From the NCBI GenBank assembly GCA_020632555.1, contig JACKFI010000001.1, positions 133,152 to 197,151 of the forward strand: DNA of 64,000 nucleotides, in the 5' to 3' direction. Under the pieces are notes generated by a model that saw only the letters and a list, made by a program, of their open reading frames with translations, ran no database searches and was not told where the DNA came from. Numbering within the stretch: position 1 is the first letter of the stretch; every line of letters starts with the position of its first letter. The stretch comes from Candidatus Omnitrophota bacterium (GTDB lineage: Bacteria; Omnitrophota; Gorgyraeia; Zapsychrales; JANLHA01). Below are positions 38,472 to 48,011 of the stretch, piece by piece. The translations under genes were made by a program, and so were the position numbers.

Positions 38472-38549
38472 CATTACCGCAAATTGAAAGGTGCGGTTAA
38501 AACAAGAAAACCCCGTCTCTCCTCGACGGAAAACAGGGTTTTATATTGG

Positions 38550-38563
38550 TTGCGGGGACAGGA
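38550..38563 (-). repeat. 14-nt duplicate of the tRNA-fMet 3' end
   Basis: TTGCGGGGACAGGA is identical to 38731-38744 (discriminator, 3' acceptor strand and start of the T stem), 181 bp from the intact gene. It runs directly into the palindrome CCTGCCTACCGGCAGGCA (38564-38581). Confidence 0.6.
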
Positions 38564-38695
38564 CCTGCCTACCGGCAGGCAAGTTTGAATGGTTTCGCGG
38601 CTTCGCTTACGCTCAACCATTTCCTCGCCTAACGGCTCGGTCACCTGCGCTCGCTTTCGCTCGCTGCACGTCCATTCACCCATCCCACTAATAAA

Positions 38696-38725
38696 TTAAG
38701 AAGGCCCCAATTGGGGCCTTCTTAA
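38696..38725 (-). terminator. Rho-independent terminator downstream of tRNA-fMet
   Basis: Perfect 30-nt palindrome TTAAGAAGGCCCCAATTGGGGCCTTCTTAA, 6 nt after the tRNA 3' end, followed on the minus strand by TTTATT. Confidence 0.7.
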
Positions 38726-38730
38726 TTTAA

Positions 38731-38804
<74 letters not shown>

Positions 38805-38827
38805 GCTATTCTTAGTAATAATATCTT

Positions 38828-39040
38828 GAGGTAGCCGCGGCACTTCCTCGGGTATTAAGCGTCTGTCGGCCTCGCCACGGTGGGCTCGGCACTCCTTCGC
38901 ACTTTACGTGCTCAGTCGCCCGCTTTGGTACTAAATACATCTTAATATAACGGCGGCACTTCCTCGGGCATTAAGCGTCTGTCGGCCTCGCCACGGTGGG
39001 CTCGGCACTCCTTCGCACTTTACGTGCTCAGTCGCCCGCT
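38828..39040. repeat. GC-rich tandem repeat, two ~96-bp copies with 116-bp period, immediately 5' of tRNA-fMet
   Basis: CGGCACTTCCTCGGGYATTAAGCGTCTGTCGGCCTCGCCACGGTGGGCTCGGCACTCCTTCGCACTTTACGTGCTCAGTCGCCCGCTTTGGTACTA occurs at 38828 and 38944, nearly identical. A degenerate related stretch lies at ~38585-38690. Confidence 0.85.
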
Positions 39041-39084
39041 TTGGTACTAATGCTATCTTTTGATACTATAAATATCTTTAAATC

Positions 39085-39225
39085 TTTATGCAGATCCCCA
39101 ATAAAATCCTTCGGGGATGACAACTAATTAGGATTGCCGCGCCCCTTCGGGGCCCGCAATGACAAATCTTTTCGATTTGGTTCTCGTCGAAAAGGGACTC
39201 ACTGCGTTCGCAATGACAACACTTC
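39085..39225. repeat. Three hairpin units each ending in ATGACAA (small REP/MITE-like family)
   Basis: ATCCCC..CCTTCGGGGATGACAAC; ATTGCCGCGCCCCTTCGGGGCCCGCAATGACAAA; ..CACTGCGTTCGCAATGACAACA. An inverted relative, CTGTCATCCCCGAAATTTTTTATCGGGG, lies at 37129-37157. Confidence 0.6.
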
Positions 39226-39230
39226 TAATT

Positions 39231-39512
39231 CTATCTTTTCTCGCTATTAGCGGGTTGGTTGATTCGATAAACCACTTCACCATTGCGAATCAGGCCCATC
39301 TTTTCGCGGCCTACTTTTTCTAAATAAATCGGGTCTTCTTCCAAGCGCCGCTTTTCTTCTAACATCTTAATTTTACGCAACTTAAGCGCCTCAATCTTGT
39401 CGCTATACTCCACATTCTTCTGTCGCAAATCTTGAAGTTTTGTATAAGACGGCAAAAAAATATAAAGAGCGAGAATCGCAAAACCAAAAAGCCAAAGGGC
39501 GTTTTTTATCAT
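39231..39512 (-). CDS. ftsB: Cell division protein FtsB/DivIC (septum formation initiator)
   Basis: 93 aa. N-terminal TM helix followed by a coiled coil. Classical position directly downstream of eno. Confidence 0.7.
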   Translation of the reverse strand: MIKNALWLFGFAILALYIFLPSYTKLQDLRQKNVEYSDKIEALKLRKIKMLEEKRRLEEDPIYLEKVGREKMGLIRNGEVVYRINQPANSEKR

Positions 39513-39579
39513 CGTAATCAGAAGTTAGAATTTAGTGGAAAATATTTTTTCCCAACTAGCCGCTAACCACCCGTTGCTA

Positions 39580-40854
39580 TTAATATATCTTGCCCCACAA
39601 AGCGCCGGCATAAACTGCTTTTTTGCCAAGCTGTTCTTCAATACGCAAAAGTTCATTATACTTGCAAAGCCGATCGGTGCGCGATAAAGATCCGGTCTTA
39701 ATCTGCCCAACGCCGGTGGCAACAGCCAAATGCGCAATGGTGGTGTCTTCTGTCTCGCCTGAGCGATGAGAAATAATCGATGTATATTTGTTCTTTTTAG
39801 CCAAATTCACGGTATCCAATGTTTCGGACAAACTGCCGATCTGATTGACTTTAACCAAAATCGAATTGGCAACGCCCCTATTAATACCGTCTTTTAAACG
39901 TTTGACATTGGTCACAAACAAATCATCTCCAACCAGCTGAACTTTCGCAGCTAATTTATCAGTCATAACCTTCCAACCGTCCCAATCATTTTCATCCAAA
40001 CCATCTTCGATAGAAACAATCGGATAATTCTTGAGCATGCTGGCATATACCGCGATCATTTCGTCAGCGGTATTAATTTTGCCATTGTAATTGTAACCAC
40101 CTTTTTTATCAAAAAAGGAAGCCGCCGCGCAATCTAACGCGATAGAAATATCTTTGCCTGGTTTATAACCGGCTTTGCTGATCGCGTCGATAATCAAAGA
40201 CAAGGCTTCTTCATTCTTGCCCAAGTTCGGCGCGAAACCACCTTCGTCACCGACGGAGGTAGAAAGTTTTTTGTCATGCAAAATTTTCTTTAAGTTATGA
40301 AAAACTTCGGTCGCCATGCGAATCGCTTCGCTAAACGTTGGTGCGCCGATGGGAGCGATCATAAATTCTTGAATGTCCAGATTATTGTCCGCGTGCAAAC
40401 CGCCGTTTAAAATATTCATCAAAGGCACCGGCAAGATGCTGGCCCGATTGCCACCCAAATAACGATACAGCGGTTCTTCCTTATCTTCTGCGGTCGCCTT
40501 GGCAACAGCCATCGAAACGCCCAAAATCGCATTGGCGCCCAATTTGGATTTGTTTTCAGTGCCGTCTAAATCTAATAAAATTTGATCGATATCTTGGAAG
40601 TCAGCCTTTTGGCCTTTGATTTTTTTAGCAATCAAGGTGTTCACATTGTCAACAGCTTTGGTAACGCCTTTGCCCATCCAACGGCTTTTGTCCCCGTCGC
40701 GCAATTCGATAGCTTCGTATTCTCCCGTCGATGCGCCTGATGGAACCGCTGCGCGTCCGAAAGCGCCGCTGCCCAAAAGAACGTCAACCTCAACGGTTGG
40801 ATTACCACGAGAATCAATGATCTGTCTTGCTTTCACTGCTTTAATTTTTGCCAT
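39580..40854 (-). CDS. eno: Enolase
   Basis: 424 aa. [55 protein letters not shown]. Confidence 0.97.
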   Translation of the reverse strand: MAKIKAVKARQIIDSRGNPTVEVDVLLGSGAFGRAAVPSGASTGEYEAIELRDGDKSRWMGKGVTKAVDNVNTLIAKKIKGQKADFQDIDQILLDLDGTENKSKLGANAILGVSMAVAKATAEDKEEPLYRYLGGNRASILPVPLMNILNGGLHADNNLDIQEFMIAPIGAPTFSEAIRMATEVFHNLKKILHDKKLSTSVGDEGGFAPNLGKNEEALSLIIDAISKAGYKPGKDISIALDCAAASFFDKKGGYNYNGKINTADEMIAVYASMLKNYPIVSIEDGLDENDWDGWKVMTDKLAAKVQLVGDDLFVTNVKRLKDGINRGVANSILVKVNQIGSLSETLDTVNLAKKNKYTSIISHRSGETEDTTIAHLAVATGVGQIKTGSLSRTDRLCKYNELLRIEEQLGKKAVYAGALWGKIY

Positions 40855-41031
40855 GTCGCTATCCTTTTGAAAAATAATTTATAATGAACTCTAAAAGTGG
40901 AGAAAACTGCGATTTACCTGCTTTAAGAATATGGACAAGTTATCATAGTTCCTTTTTAAAGTCAAGGTTTGTGAACTTTATGCTATACTTTAACCTGCAA
41001 TCTTAAGAGAACTTTTACCCAAGGACACGCT

Positions 41032-42720
41032 ATGAAGCGCCTCGTTATCTATCTTAAACTTTATTGGTTAAGAATCATTTTTGCCACAATCATCCTCATT
41101 GGAATATATTTCACAATACAATTTTTAATTTATTGCGTTCACAACTTTAATATGCTGGAAGATTTCAGTAAACGGCAGATTTCTGGTCAAATGGCGCTGC
41201 TTTTGCCGATGTTTGTTCTGGTCAACCTGATCGCACTACCTATTATGCTCGGGATGCAATATTATTTTATGCAAGGCGGATTGGCTGGCTCAATGGGCCG
41301 GGAAAAATTAGATCGCGAAAAAGTCAATGTTCATTGGTCAGAAGTTATTGGCATGGAAAGTGCCAAACGCGAGGCCTGGGAATTGGTCAAACTTCTCAAA
41401 GACCGTCATCTAGTCAAAGTCATTGGCGGAAAAATCATCAAAGGAACCATGATGATCGGCCCGCCGGGCTGCGGAAAAACTTATCTGGCCAAAGCCATTG
41501 CCACCGAATGCGGTTTCCCTTTTTTATCTGCCGTCGGTAGTGAATTCGTCGGAATTTTTATCGGCGTTGGTGCCGCACGCATGAAATCAATGTTTAAGCA
41601 AGCTCGCGCCTTGGCGAAGATGGAAGGCGGATGTCTCATTTTTATCGATGAAATTGATTCTTTTGCTCGACCACGCCAAGCTGAACGCGGATTCGGCGGA
41701 GCAACAGATCACAATGCCACCATCAATCAGTTTTTAACTGAACTCGATGGTTTACGAAAAACAGAAAACAATGTCGTTGTCATCGCGGCAACCAATGTGC
41801 CTGAAAATGAATTAGACCCAGCTATTATGCGGTCTGGACGCTTTGACCGCAAAATCCATATCACGCTCCCAAATCTCGAAGAACGCGTCGAGCTTTTTAA
41901 ATTTTATTTAAACCGTATCAAATGCGATGCCTCCGTCGATGCCCAACTCTTGGCAAGAAAAGCTTTATGGTTTACTCCATCGGATATTGATTCCATGGTG
42001 CGTGAAGCCGTTTTAATCGCCTTGCGAGATATCCGTGATGTTATTTCAACAAAAGACATTTCCGAAGCTTATGATCGAGTCACCTTTGGATTGAAAGCCA
42101 ATATCACTTTATCTGAAAAAGAAAAAATCTGGACCGCCTATCACGAAGCTGGTCACGCTGTCATTTCTTATCTGACGCATCCTTCTAACGACGTTATTAA
42201 AGCTTCTATAATTCCTCACAAAGGAAACCTAGGTTTTGTTTTTCAACGCCCAACGGAAGAACTGCATTCTTCTAACCGCGAACACTTACTAGCAAATATT
42301 AAAGTCAGCGTTGCCAGTTTTGTCGCCGAACAAATGAAATTCAACTCCACCTCCAGTGGTGTCGGCGGCGGCCGCGGCAGTGACTTTGATACGGCCATGC
42401 GCATTGCCCACGCGATGGTTTGGCAATACGGCATGGGCAAATCTGGCTTGCTGGGCGATTTTCATGCCATCAGCACTCAGCAAGAACTTCCCTTGGTATC
42501 CGAAAAAACAAAAGAAATTCTCGACCACGACGTACAAGACATTTTACAATCCTGCATCAAAGAGGTTCGCGAAATCCTGACAGCCAAAAATGAAATTCTT
42601 GAACACTTTGCCCAAGAACTTTTACGCAAAGGCGAATTAGAATACGATGAGATTGAAGCTATTTTCAATAAGTTCGGCGCCCGAGCGGCATCACGACCAA
42701 TACAAAGCAATGAAATATAA
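41032..42720 (+). CDS. FtsH-family AAA+ zinc metalloprotease (short N-terminal region)
   Basis: 562 aa. Two N-terminal TM helices. Walker A GPPGCGKT, Walker B IFIDEIDS, SRH TNVPENELDPAIMRSGRFDRKIHI, zinc site HEAGHAV. Confidence 0.85.
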   Translation: MKRLVIYLKLYWLRIIFATIILIGIYFTIQFLIYCVHNFNMLEDFSKRQISGQMALLLPMFVLVNLIALPIMLGMQYYFMQGGLAGSMGREKLDREKVNVHWSEVIGMESAKREAWELVKLLKDRHLVKVIGGKIIKGTMMIGPPGCGKTYLAKAIATECGFPFLSAVGSEFVGIFIGVGAARMKSMFKQARALAKMEGGCLIFIDEIDSFARPRQAERGFGGATDHNATINQFLTELDGLRKTENNVVVIAATNVPENELDPAIMRSGRFDRKIHITLPNLEERVELFKFYLNRIKCDASVDAQLLARKALWFTPSDIDSMVREAVLIALRDIRDVISTKDISEAYDRVTFGLKANITLSEKEKIWTAYHEAGHAVISYLTHPSNDVIKASIIPHKGNLGFVFQRPTEELHSSNREHLLANIKVSVASFVAEQMKFNSTSSGVGGGRGSDFDTAMRIAHAMVWQYGMGKSGLLGDFHAISTQQELPLVSEKTKEILDHDVQDILQSCIKEVREILTAKNEILEHFAQELLRKGELEYDEIEAIFNKFGARAASRPIQSNEI

Positions 42721-43693
42721 CTTTCTTTTTCTTTGTTTGCTCAGCGGACTCATTTGCACGCCTTTGGCTTGTGCACCCCAAAACGTACCCCAAAAAGTTT
42801 CACTGACCTCTGCGCAGGAAAAATTTCTTAAACTCTGCCATGAAGAGCTCAAGTACGAGGTCTCCGTGTTTCCCAAGGGCAAAACGCTGTGGGTTTATGT
42901 TCCGCTGTCTGATAATATCAGCATTCTCAAAGCGGCACCCAAAAACCAAACACCGCCGGCGGATACCATAGAAAGCTGGTCCATCAATTTTCTAAAAAGC
43001 ACGTTTGAAAACAAAACATTTGTGATCAGCTATGACATTACGCCGACTAAGAAATATGATCAACCCCTAACATATAAAAATAGCTATTCCGATGAATATT
43101 CGAAGAAACAAAGAGAAGTCTTAACCGCTTTGACGCGCGCGTATTTTGATGTCGGGCAAAAGAACATCGACAGTTCTTTGACCGTTGGCAATCAAGCCGA
43201 TACGACCAGCGATAAACCCCTAGTCAAAAACATTGCCGAGGGCATTTTGCCGCCAGAGAAAGAAGCCGCGCCTCCCGAATTCTTTGTCACAATCTTTGCC
43301 GACATCAAAAACGGGGTCGCGGTAAAAACCACCAACTATTTTGAAGATATGCGCATGGCTCTCTCAAACCCGCCGGCTATTTCTAACGACGAATATGCCA
43401 AACGTTTTGTTTATGAAATATTGGGAGATGAGAAGATGATTGGCAATACAACCGGTACCAATCTAGAAATGAATGAAATCATTTTGAGCGATTTTTTGGC
43501 CAAACAAATCGAAACCCGCATCAAATACCAGTTCACGCAAAGTAATTTTCCTCCCACGGGACAAGTGCTAGATGAGATTTGGACTATCGTCGGAGAAACC
43601 TGCCGTTTGTATCAATTCAAGGATTTCGAGAAAATCAAACTCATTGACCTGCAGACTCAAAAAGAATCAACTTTCGATAAAAGCCAACTTTAG
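42710..43693 (+). CDS. Hypothetical lipoprotein
   Basis: Start moved to MKYNFLFLCLLSGLICTPLAC (lipobox LAC). This ATG (42710) overlaps the FtsH-like stop. No known domain. Confidence 0.55.
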   Translation: MKYNFLFLCLLSGLICTPLACAPQNVPQKVSLTSAQEKFLKLCHEELKYEVSVFPKGKTLWVYVPLSDNISILKAAPKNQTPPADTIESWSINFLKSTFENKTFVISYDITPTKKYDQPLTYKNSYSDEYSKKQREVLTALTRAYFDVGQKNIDSSLTVGNQADTTSDKPLVKNIAEGILPPEKEAAPPEFFVTIFADIKNGVAVKTTNYFEDMRMALSNPPAISNDEYAKRFVYEILGDEKMIGNTTGTNLEMNEIILSDFLAKQIETRIKYQFTQSNFPPTGQVLDEIWTIVGETCRLYQFKDFEKIKLIDLQTQKESTFDKSQL

Positions 43694-44535
43694 AACTCCA
43701 CGCCCACTTTCATGCCGACGATAATTGAAGTATTCTCGAATTCTTGCTGTGATTTAGCCGCTTGCACGCCGGTGTGGAAAACGGGCTTCACCTCCGAGCT
43801 GTCGATGCTCCAATAATCCACGTAAGGCTCAAAAATATAATTTTTGTCACTCATTTCTTTACGAATTTGGATAGAAATTTTAAAACCATACCCGGAATCT
43901 TGGTCATTATCAACATCACCAAATAAAGGGTCCAAATCACTCAAATAGGTCGTTTGTTTGCCAGACCAAAAGAAATCATATTCTGCCTTGACTCCAGCCG
44001 ACCAACCTTTGGCTAATGGGGTATTGGTTTCAAAACCCAACGGCGTGTACAAATATTCAGAAACTCGTCGATATCCCGCATTAACTTTTTGCAATTGATC
44101 TTTCAAATAACGATAACCAATCCCGGCAAATGGCGTGATCGTCGTGTCTGAAAATATCGAAAAATCATAGCCAGCCAAACCGCGAAATTCACTGATAAAG
44201 TTTTTAACATCCTGAATCTCATAATAACGATCATCATAAAGATAACCGTTAAAATCAACTCTGCCGAAGATAATGCGGCCATCAACTTTGAGCATAACCT
44301 TGGAAAATTGTTCCACCCACGATTCTCCCCGATACGTGTACGAACCCGACAAACCATACAAAAATCCATTTTCTTCCATAGCTGTTTCTTTAAAATCGTA
44401 ATAGCCCGCCTCGGGACTTAAAGTGATGGTATGTGTTTTAGGTTCCAAAGCGTCGACCGCACCAGGAGCCAAAGCACAAACTAAAAATAATACAACAATC
44501 AATATCGCAAACCTTGGCATAATCAACCTCCTCAA
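43690..44535 (-). CDS. Hypothetical outer-membrane beta-barrel protein
   Basis: 281 aa. Signal peptide, alternating beta-strand pattern rich in Y/G/D, C-terminal ..MKVGVEF. Confidence 0.5.
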   Translation of the reverse strand: MRRLIMPRFAILIVVLFLVCALAPGAVDALEPKTHTITLSPEAGYYDFKETAMEENGFLYGLSGSYTYRGESWVEQFSKVMLKVDGRIIFGRVDFNGYLYDDRYYEIQDVKNFISEFRGLAGYDFSIFSDTTITPFAGIGYRYLKDQLQKVNAGYRRVSEYLYTPLGFETNTPLAKGWSAGVKAEYDFFWSGKQTTYLSDLDPLFGDVDNDQDSGYGFKISIQIRKEMSDKNYIFEPYVDYWSIDSSEVKPVFHTGVQAAKSQQEFENTSIIVGMKVGVEF

Positions 44536-44568
44536 AAATTAAAATAAAACATACGTTGCCGTCCCATT

Positions 44569-44961
44569 TTATTGCCTGGGCAGAACAAAAAGCGGTAAAG
44601 ACGCACAATTGATTCCGTCAACGGCCAAATCAATAGAATACTCGCCGATCCTTTCAACTTTTAATCCATGAATATTAAGAATCAAATTGGCTGAACCTGT
44701 CCGTTGTTGATCAGGAAAATTCACATGAATCACTCCTGTTGTAGACGGAATAATGTGCTTGCCGTCGATATCCACAAAATTGACCGTAATGCGATGCTCT
44801 CCGCGCTCCTGATTATTAAATCGAATGCGCAAAACAACCGCGCATTGAGGATGAACTCCAGGAACTTGCTTAATCCACAACGTGTCAAACGCGCCTAAAA
44901 TATTTAATTTGCCGGTATCATTGGTCGCGGCATCACAAAGAGAAAACACTTCAATATTCAT
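44569..44961 (-). CDS. Hypothetical protein
   Basis: ORF with the ATG at 44961 (MNIEVFSL) preceded by AAAGGG. The track start at 44982 is a TTG. No recognisable domain. Confidence 0.4.
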   Translation of the reverse strand: MNIEVFSLCDAATNDTGKLNILGAFDTLWIKQVPGVHPQCAVVLRIRFNNQERGEHRITVNFVDIDGKHIIPSTTGVIHVNFPDQQRTGSANLILNIHGLKVERIGEYSIDLAVDGINCASLPLFVLPRQ

Positions 44962-45034
44962 AAGCCCAAACCCTTTCTTCAAAAGTCACGGCTTGGATTA
45001 TAGCATTGAAACGAATATGAGAAAATTATTTGAT

Positions 45035-45191
45035 CCCAAATTTTGCATTACAACACAGTGCGCGACGATACGTTGCGCACAAAAAAGTGAAATGCAAAAT
45101 TTGCCTTCGGTTCTGGTTTTTCTCGAGACATGCGGCCCTTTGGGCGAAGTTTGCTTGGCCTCGCAGAGGCGAGGCTAATGCAAAATTCGGG
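45035..45191 (-). repeat. 157-bp inverted-repeat-bounded element (MITE-like or structured RNA) downstream of purN
   Basis: 16-nt arms CCCAAATTTTGCATTA (45035-45050) and TAATGCAAAATTCGGG (45176-45191). The single mismatch becomes a G-U pair only on the minus strand. Internal GC hairpins GTGCGC..GCGCAC and GCCTCGCagagGCGAGGC. Confidence 0.5.
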
Positions 45192-45234
45192 TTAATTACG
45201 ACAAGCATCAGGAAGAATCAACGTGCATGAGAAT

Positions 45235-45870
45235 TTATTGCGAGTTTTCTGCTTTAACTTCGGGCTTTTCTAAAATTGTGACGCGTCGGCCTTTGACTTT
45301 CAACCGCTGATCAGCCATCAAAACCACAGCTTGTGGATAAATTCGATGCTCGACACGATGGATTTTGGCTTCCAAAGTTTCTAAGGTGTCCTCTTCATTG
45401 ATCTTAACAGTATCCTGTAAAATAATCGGGCCATTGTCCATTTTTTCATTGACAAAATGCACAGTCACGCCGGTCTGCTTGACACCGTAAGTAAACGCGT
45501 CTTTAATGCCGTGAGCGCCTTTAAATGATGGCAGCAATGACGGGTGGACGTTAATAATTTTATTGGGGTACTCTTTGATAAAATACGGGGTCAATAAGCG
45601 CATATAACCGGCTAAAACAAGAAAATCAATTTTATGCTCTTTGAGCGCGATCACAATATCACGGTCAACACTTTGTCGATTGGTGTAATTGTCAGGAGAG
45701 AAGACCAGAGTTTTGATGCCAGCTTTTTCAGCACGCTTGAGACCAAAGGCTTTATCAGTGCTGGAAATGACCAAAGACAATTCAGCTTTGATCTCACCGT
45801 TTGCGACGCTATCAATAATCGCTTGCAAATTGCTGCCATTGCCTGAAATAAAAACCGCAAACTTTTGCAT
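45235..45870 (-). CDS. purN: Phosphoribosylglycinamide formyltransferase PurN
   Basis: 211 aa. FAVFISGNGSNLQAIID, VLAGYMRLL, INVHPSLLPSFKG, GVTVHFV. Confidence 0.9.
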   Translation of the reverse strand: MQKFAVFISGNGSNLQAIIDSVANGEIKAELSLVISSTDKAFGLKRAEKAGIKTLVFSPDNYTNRQSVDRDIVIALKEHKIDFLVLAGYMRLLTPYFIKEYPNKIINVHPSLLPSFKGAHGIKDAFTYGVKQTGVTVHFVNEKMDNGPIILQDTVKINEEDTLETLEAKIHRVEHRIYPQAVVLMADQRLKVKGRRVTILEKPEVKAENSQ

Positions 45871-45974
45871 ATCAATCTCTTGTCCTTTTTGCTGACTTAC
45901 TTAAAGTACGTCAATTATGCCCTGTTTTGGTCGAAAAATCAAGGTAAGCGGATAAAAGAACTTAAAAAGAACAA

Positions 45975-47996
45975 TTAAGGACGATGTTGAAGTTTTTTCT
46001 CGAGGGTTTGCAATTGCAGTTCAATTTTTTCAAAGGTCTGATCTTGTAAGCGCATTTGATTGTTCTGCTCTTTGAGCGCGCCGGTTAGAACCGCGGTAAT
46101 GCCCATCGGATCAACACTTCTGCGACCTTCTTCAGCGACGAACTCCGGAACATCTTCGGCAATAAACCCGACGTGATGTTCCTCATGATTGACTTTATAA
46201 TTATAAGTCACAGGCTGCAATTCTTTGACCACTTCTAAAGCTTGGCGGGTATCTAATGGATAGATATGCTCTTTATACTCGCGGCTGGATAAAGTCATCC
46301 ACGTTCCAACATCGTCCAAATGCGCATTATTACCAAAATGCAAAGGGTAGGCCGGATCAGGTCGTCCAACACCAATTCGACCATTATTTTTAACCATAAA
46401 AATATCTCCAGCGGTTGCGGAGTTCTGTGAAGTCACAGCAAAAAAATCGTCCCCATTATTAATTTTTATATCTAAAATCGCACTGGGCGCAGTGTTACGA
46501 ATACCGAATTTGGGATTATTGGTACTGGGCGCAATAATAAACGCATCCGAGGCTGAAATCGAAACAGCTGATATGGAATACCCCCACACAAAAGATCGAT
46601 TTGCGCTATTAATCAAATTCATATAACGTCCTCCTGCCCATGAATAATCGCCCAAAACCGTATTATTTCGACCATTGCTAATGACTGAATAATTTCCTGA
46701 AACATCATTATTCACACCACCAACAACTATTGAAGAACGTCCAGCCCTATTATTAGCCCCTCCCCAAATAACCGCATAATCCCCAGATGTCACATTTCCT
46801 GTTCCACCCATAATCGCCGACCAAGAGCCATTAACTGTATTGCTCCTGCCTCCATCAATCACTGAATACAAACCATTCGCGGTATTGGTCAATCCTCCCG
46901 CAATAAATGAATAACTCGCCAACGCATTATTTGATTGCCCCCCGCCGACCACAGCATAAGGACCAGCTGAATTTTGACAACCGCCACTGACCACAGAATA
47001 AATACCGGGATCGTGATGCAATGTGCCGCCGGAAATAGTAAAATAATCGGCCGCAACAGTTTTGGTCGGATCCGTTAAACAATTTGGAAAAACCCATTGC
47101 GCATTATTACTACTGCCGCCGGTGATCGTCGCACCGACTCCTGCCGCAACATTACAAGAACCACTAAAAACAACATTATAATCATTTCGTGTTTGGCTTG
47201 ATTCTCCACCGACAACAGAAGCTCTCCCCTGCACATCACTTCGCTCACCCCAATTGACAGCATACTGACTGAAAACATCTGTTTTTAAACCGCCCAAATT
47301 AGCTGAATAATCTCCGGAAGCTTTTGAATACCGTCCAAATGCAACTGCAGCTAACCCACTGGCCTTAATATTGTCTTTACCTAAAGCAATTGAATAATCG
47401 CCAATATTGCCATCATTCCAAGCATCGGAAAAATCTTCTTCCCCCCAAAAATGCGTTAAATGTCCAACACGAAAAGCCGCTTTACGAGGATACCAAATCA
47501 TTTGCACCGCCCCTTCAAAACTAGACTCAGCAATAGCAGGCAAGTCAGGCAAAAGTTGGCCACTGCCCAATTGCCCCATCGCTAAAATACCGCCATCATT
47601 TTCTAAAGTCAGCTTGAATTCCGGAACAGTCGTGCCAATACCCACAAAAATATTGGGATTGGTGACTATCGCAGTTGGAAAAACATCATTGCCCGACTGG
47701 GTCCAAGAGCTTTCCAACAATGTCCATTGTCCATTTCCACTGCCATCATCAAAACAATAATGCAATTGATCTGTCCCCTGCTTAACAGACAATGTCCCAA
47801 GCGCACAAGGGGTGGATAATACTTGCGGCAATAAAGTCACTCGATCATAAGCGCCTTGCGGTGCCGGATAATATGTCGTTAATGTAAGACTCTCAGCCAA
47901 CGCAGACAAAGAACTCAATACAATCAAAGCGACGCTGATCGCCCCAATTTGAATTGAGCGTAAAAAACCATCGTCTCTGTGCTGAGCCTTTTGCAT
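45975..47996 (-). CDS. Secreted tail-fibre-like Gly-rich beta-helix repeat protein with C-terminal peptidase-S74 / intramolecular chaperone domain (paralog 1)
   Basis: 673 aa. Signal peptide ..LSALAESL. N-module TTYYPAPQGAYDRVTLLPQ..C..G..C. Many GGxxNxaxGxYSxixGG repeats. C-terminal LSSREYKEHIYPLD..LQPVTYNYK..HVGFIAEDVP then a coiled coil. Confidence 0.75.
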   Translation of the reverse strand: MQKAQHRDDGFLRSIQIGAISVALIVLSSLSALAESLTLTTYYPAPQGAYDRVTLLPQVLSTPCALGTLSVKQGTDQLHYCFDDGSGNGQWTLLESSWTQSGNDVFPTAIVTNPNIFVGIGTTVPEFKLTLENDGGILAMGQLGSGQLLPDLPAIAESSFEGAVQMIWYPRKAAFRVGHLTHFWGEEDFSDAWNDGNIGDYSIALGKDNIKASGLAAVAFGRYSKASGDYSANLGGLKTDVFSQYAVNWGERSDVQGRASVVGGESSQTRNDYNVVFSGSCNVAAGVGATITGGSSNNAQWVFPNCLTDPTKTVAADYFTISGGTLHHDPGIYSVVSGGCQNSAGPYAVVGGGQSNNALASYSFIAGGLTNTANGLYSVIDGGRSNTVNGSWSAIMGGTGNVTSGDYAVIWGGANNRAGRSSIVVGGVNNDVSGNYSVISNGRNNTVLGDYSWAGGRYMNLINSANRSFVWGYSISAVSISASDAFIIAPSTNNPKFGIRNTAPSAILDIKINNGDDFFAVTSQNSATAGDIFMVKNNGRIGVGRPDPAYPLHFGNNAHLDDVGTWMTLSSREYKEHIYPLDTRQALEVVKELQPVTYNYKVNHEEHHVGFIAEDVPEFVAEEGRRSVDPMGITAVLTGALKEQNNQMRLQDQTFEKIELQLQTLEKKLQHRP

Positions 47997-48011
47997 ATTT
48001 TTATCCCTGTC

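Noticed and set aside
37100-38510. Defining IS256 terminal inverted repeats and target-site duplication
   Set aside because: Only weak 9-13-nt matches were found: ATTGTGTGTAAATT at ~37104 against AATTTACACAAT at ~38450, and GTTTAACCG at ~37205 against CGGTTAAAAC at ~38494. They are mutually inconsistent, so the boundaries are left open.
38474-38691. Two overlapping 66-69-aa ORFs (both strands) between the transposase and tRNA-fMet
   Set aside because: They are composed of the tRNA-end fragment, the 18-nt palindrome and the GC-rich repeat. These are typical spurious ORFs generated by GC-rich repeats in an AT-rich genome.
39525-39737. Minus-strand 70-aa ORF overlapping the 3' end of eno
   Set aside because: It is an out-of-frame overlap with a near-certain enolase gene and shows no motifs.
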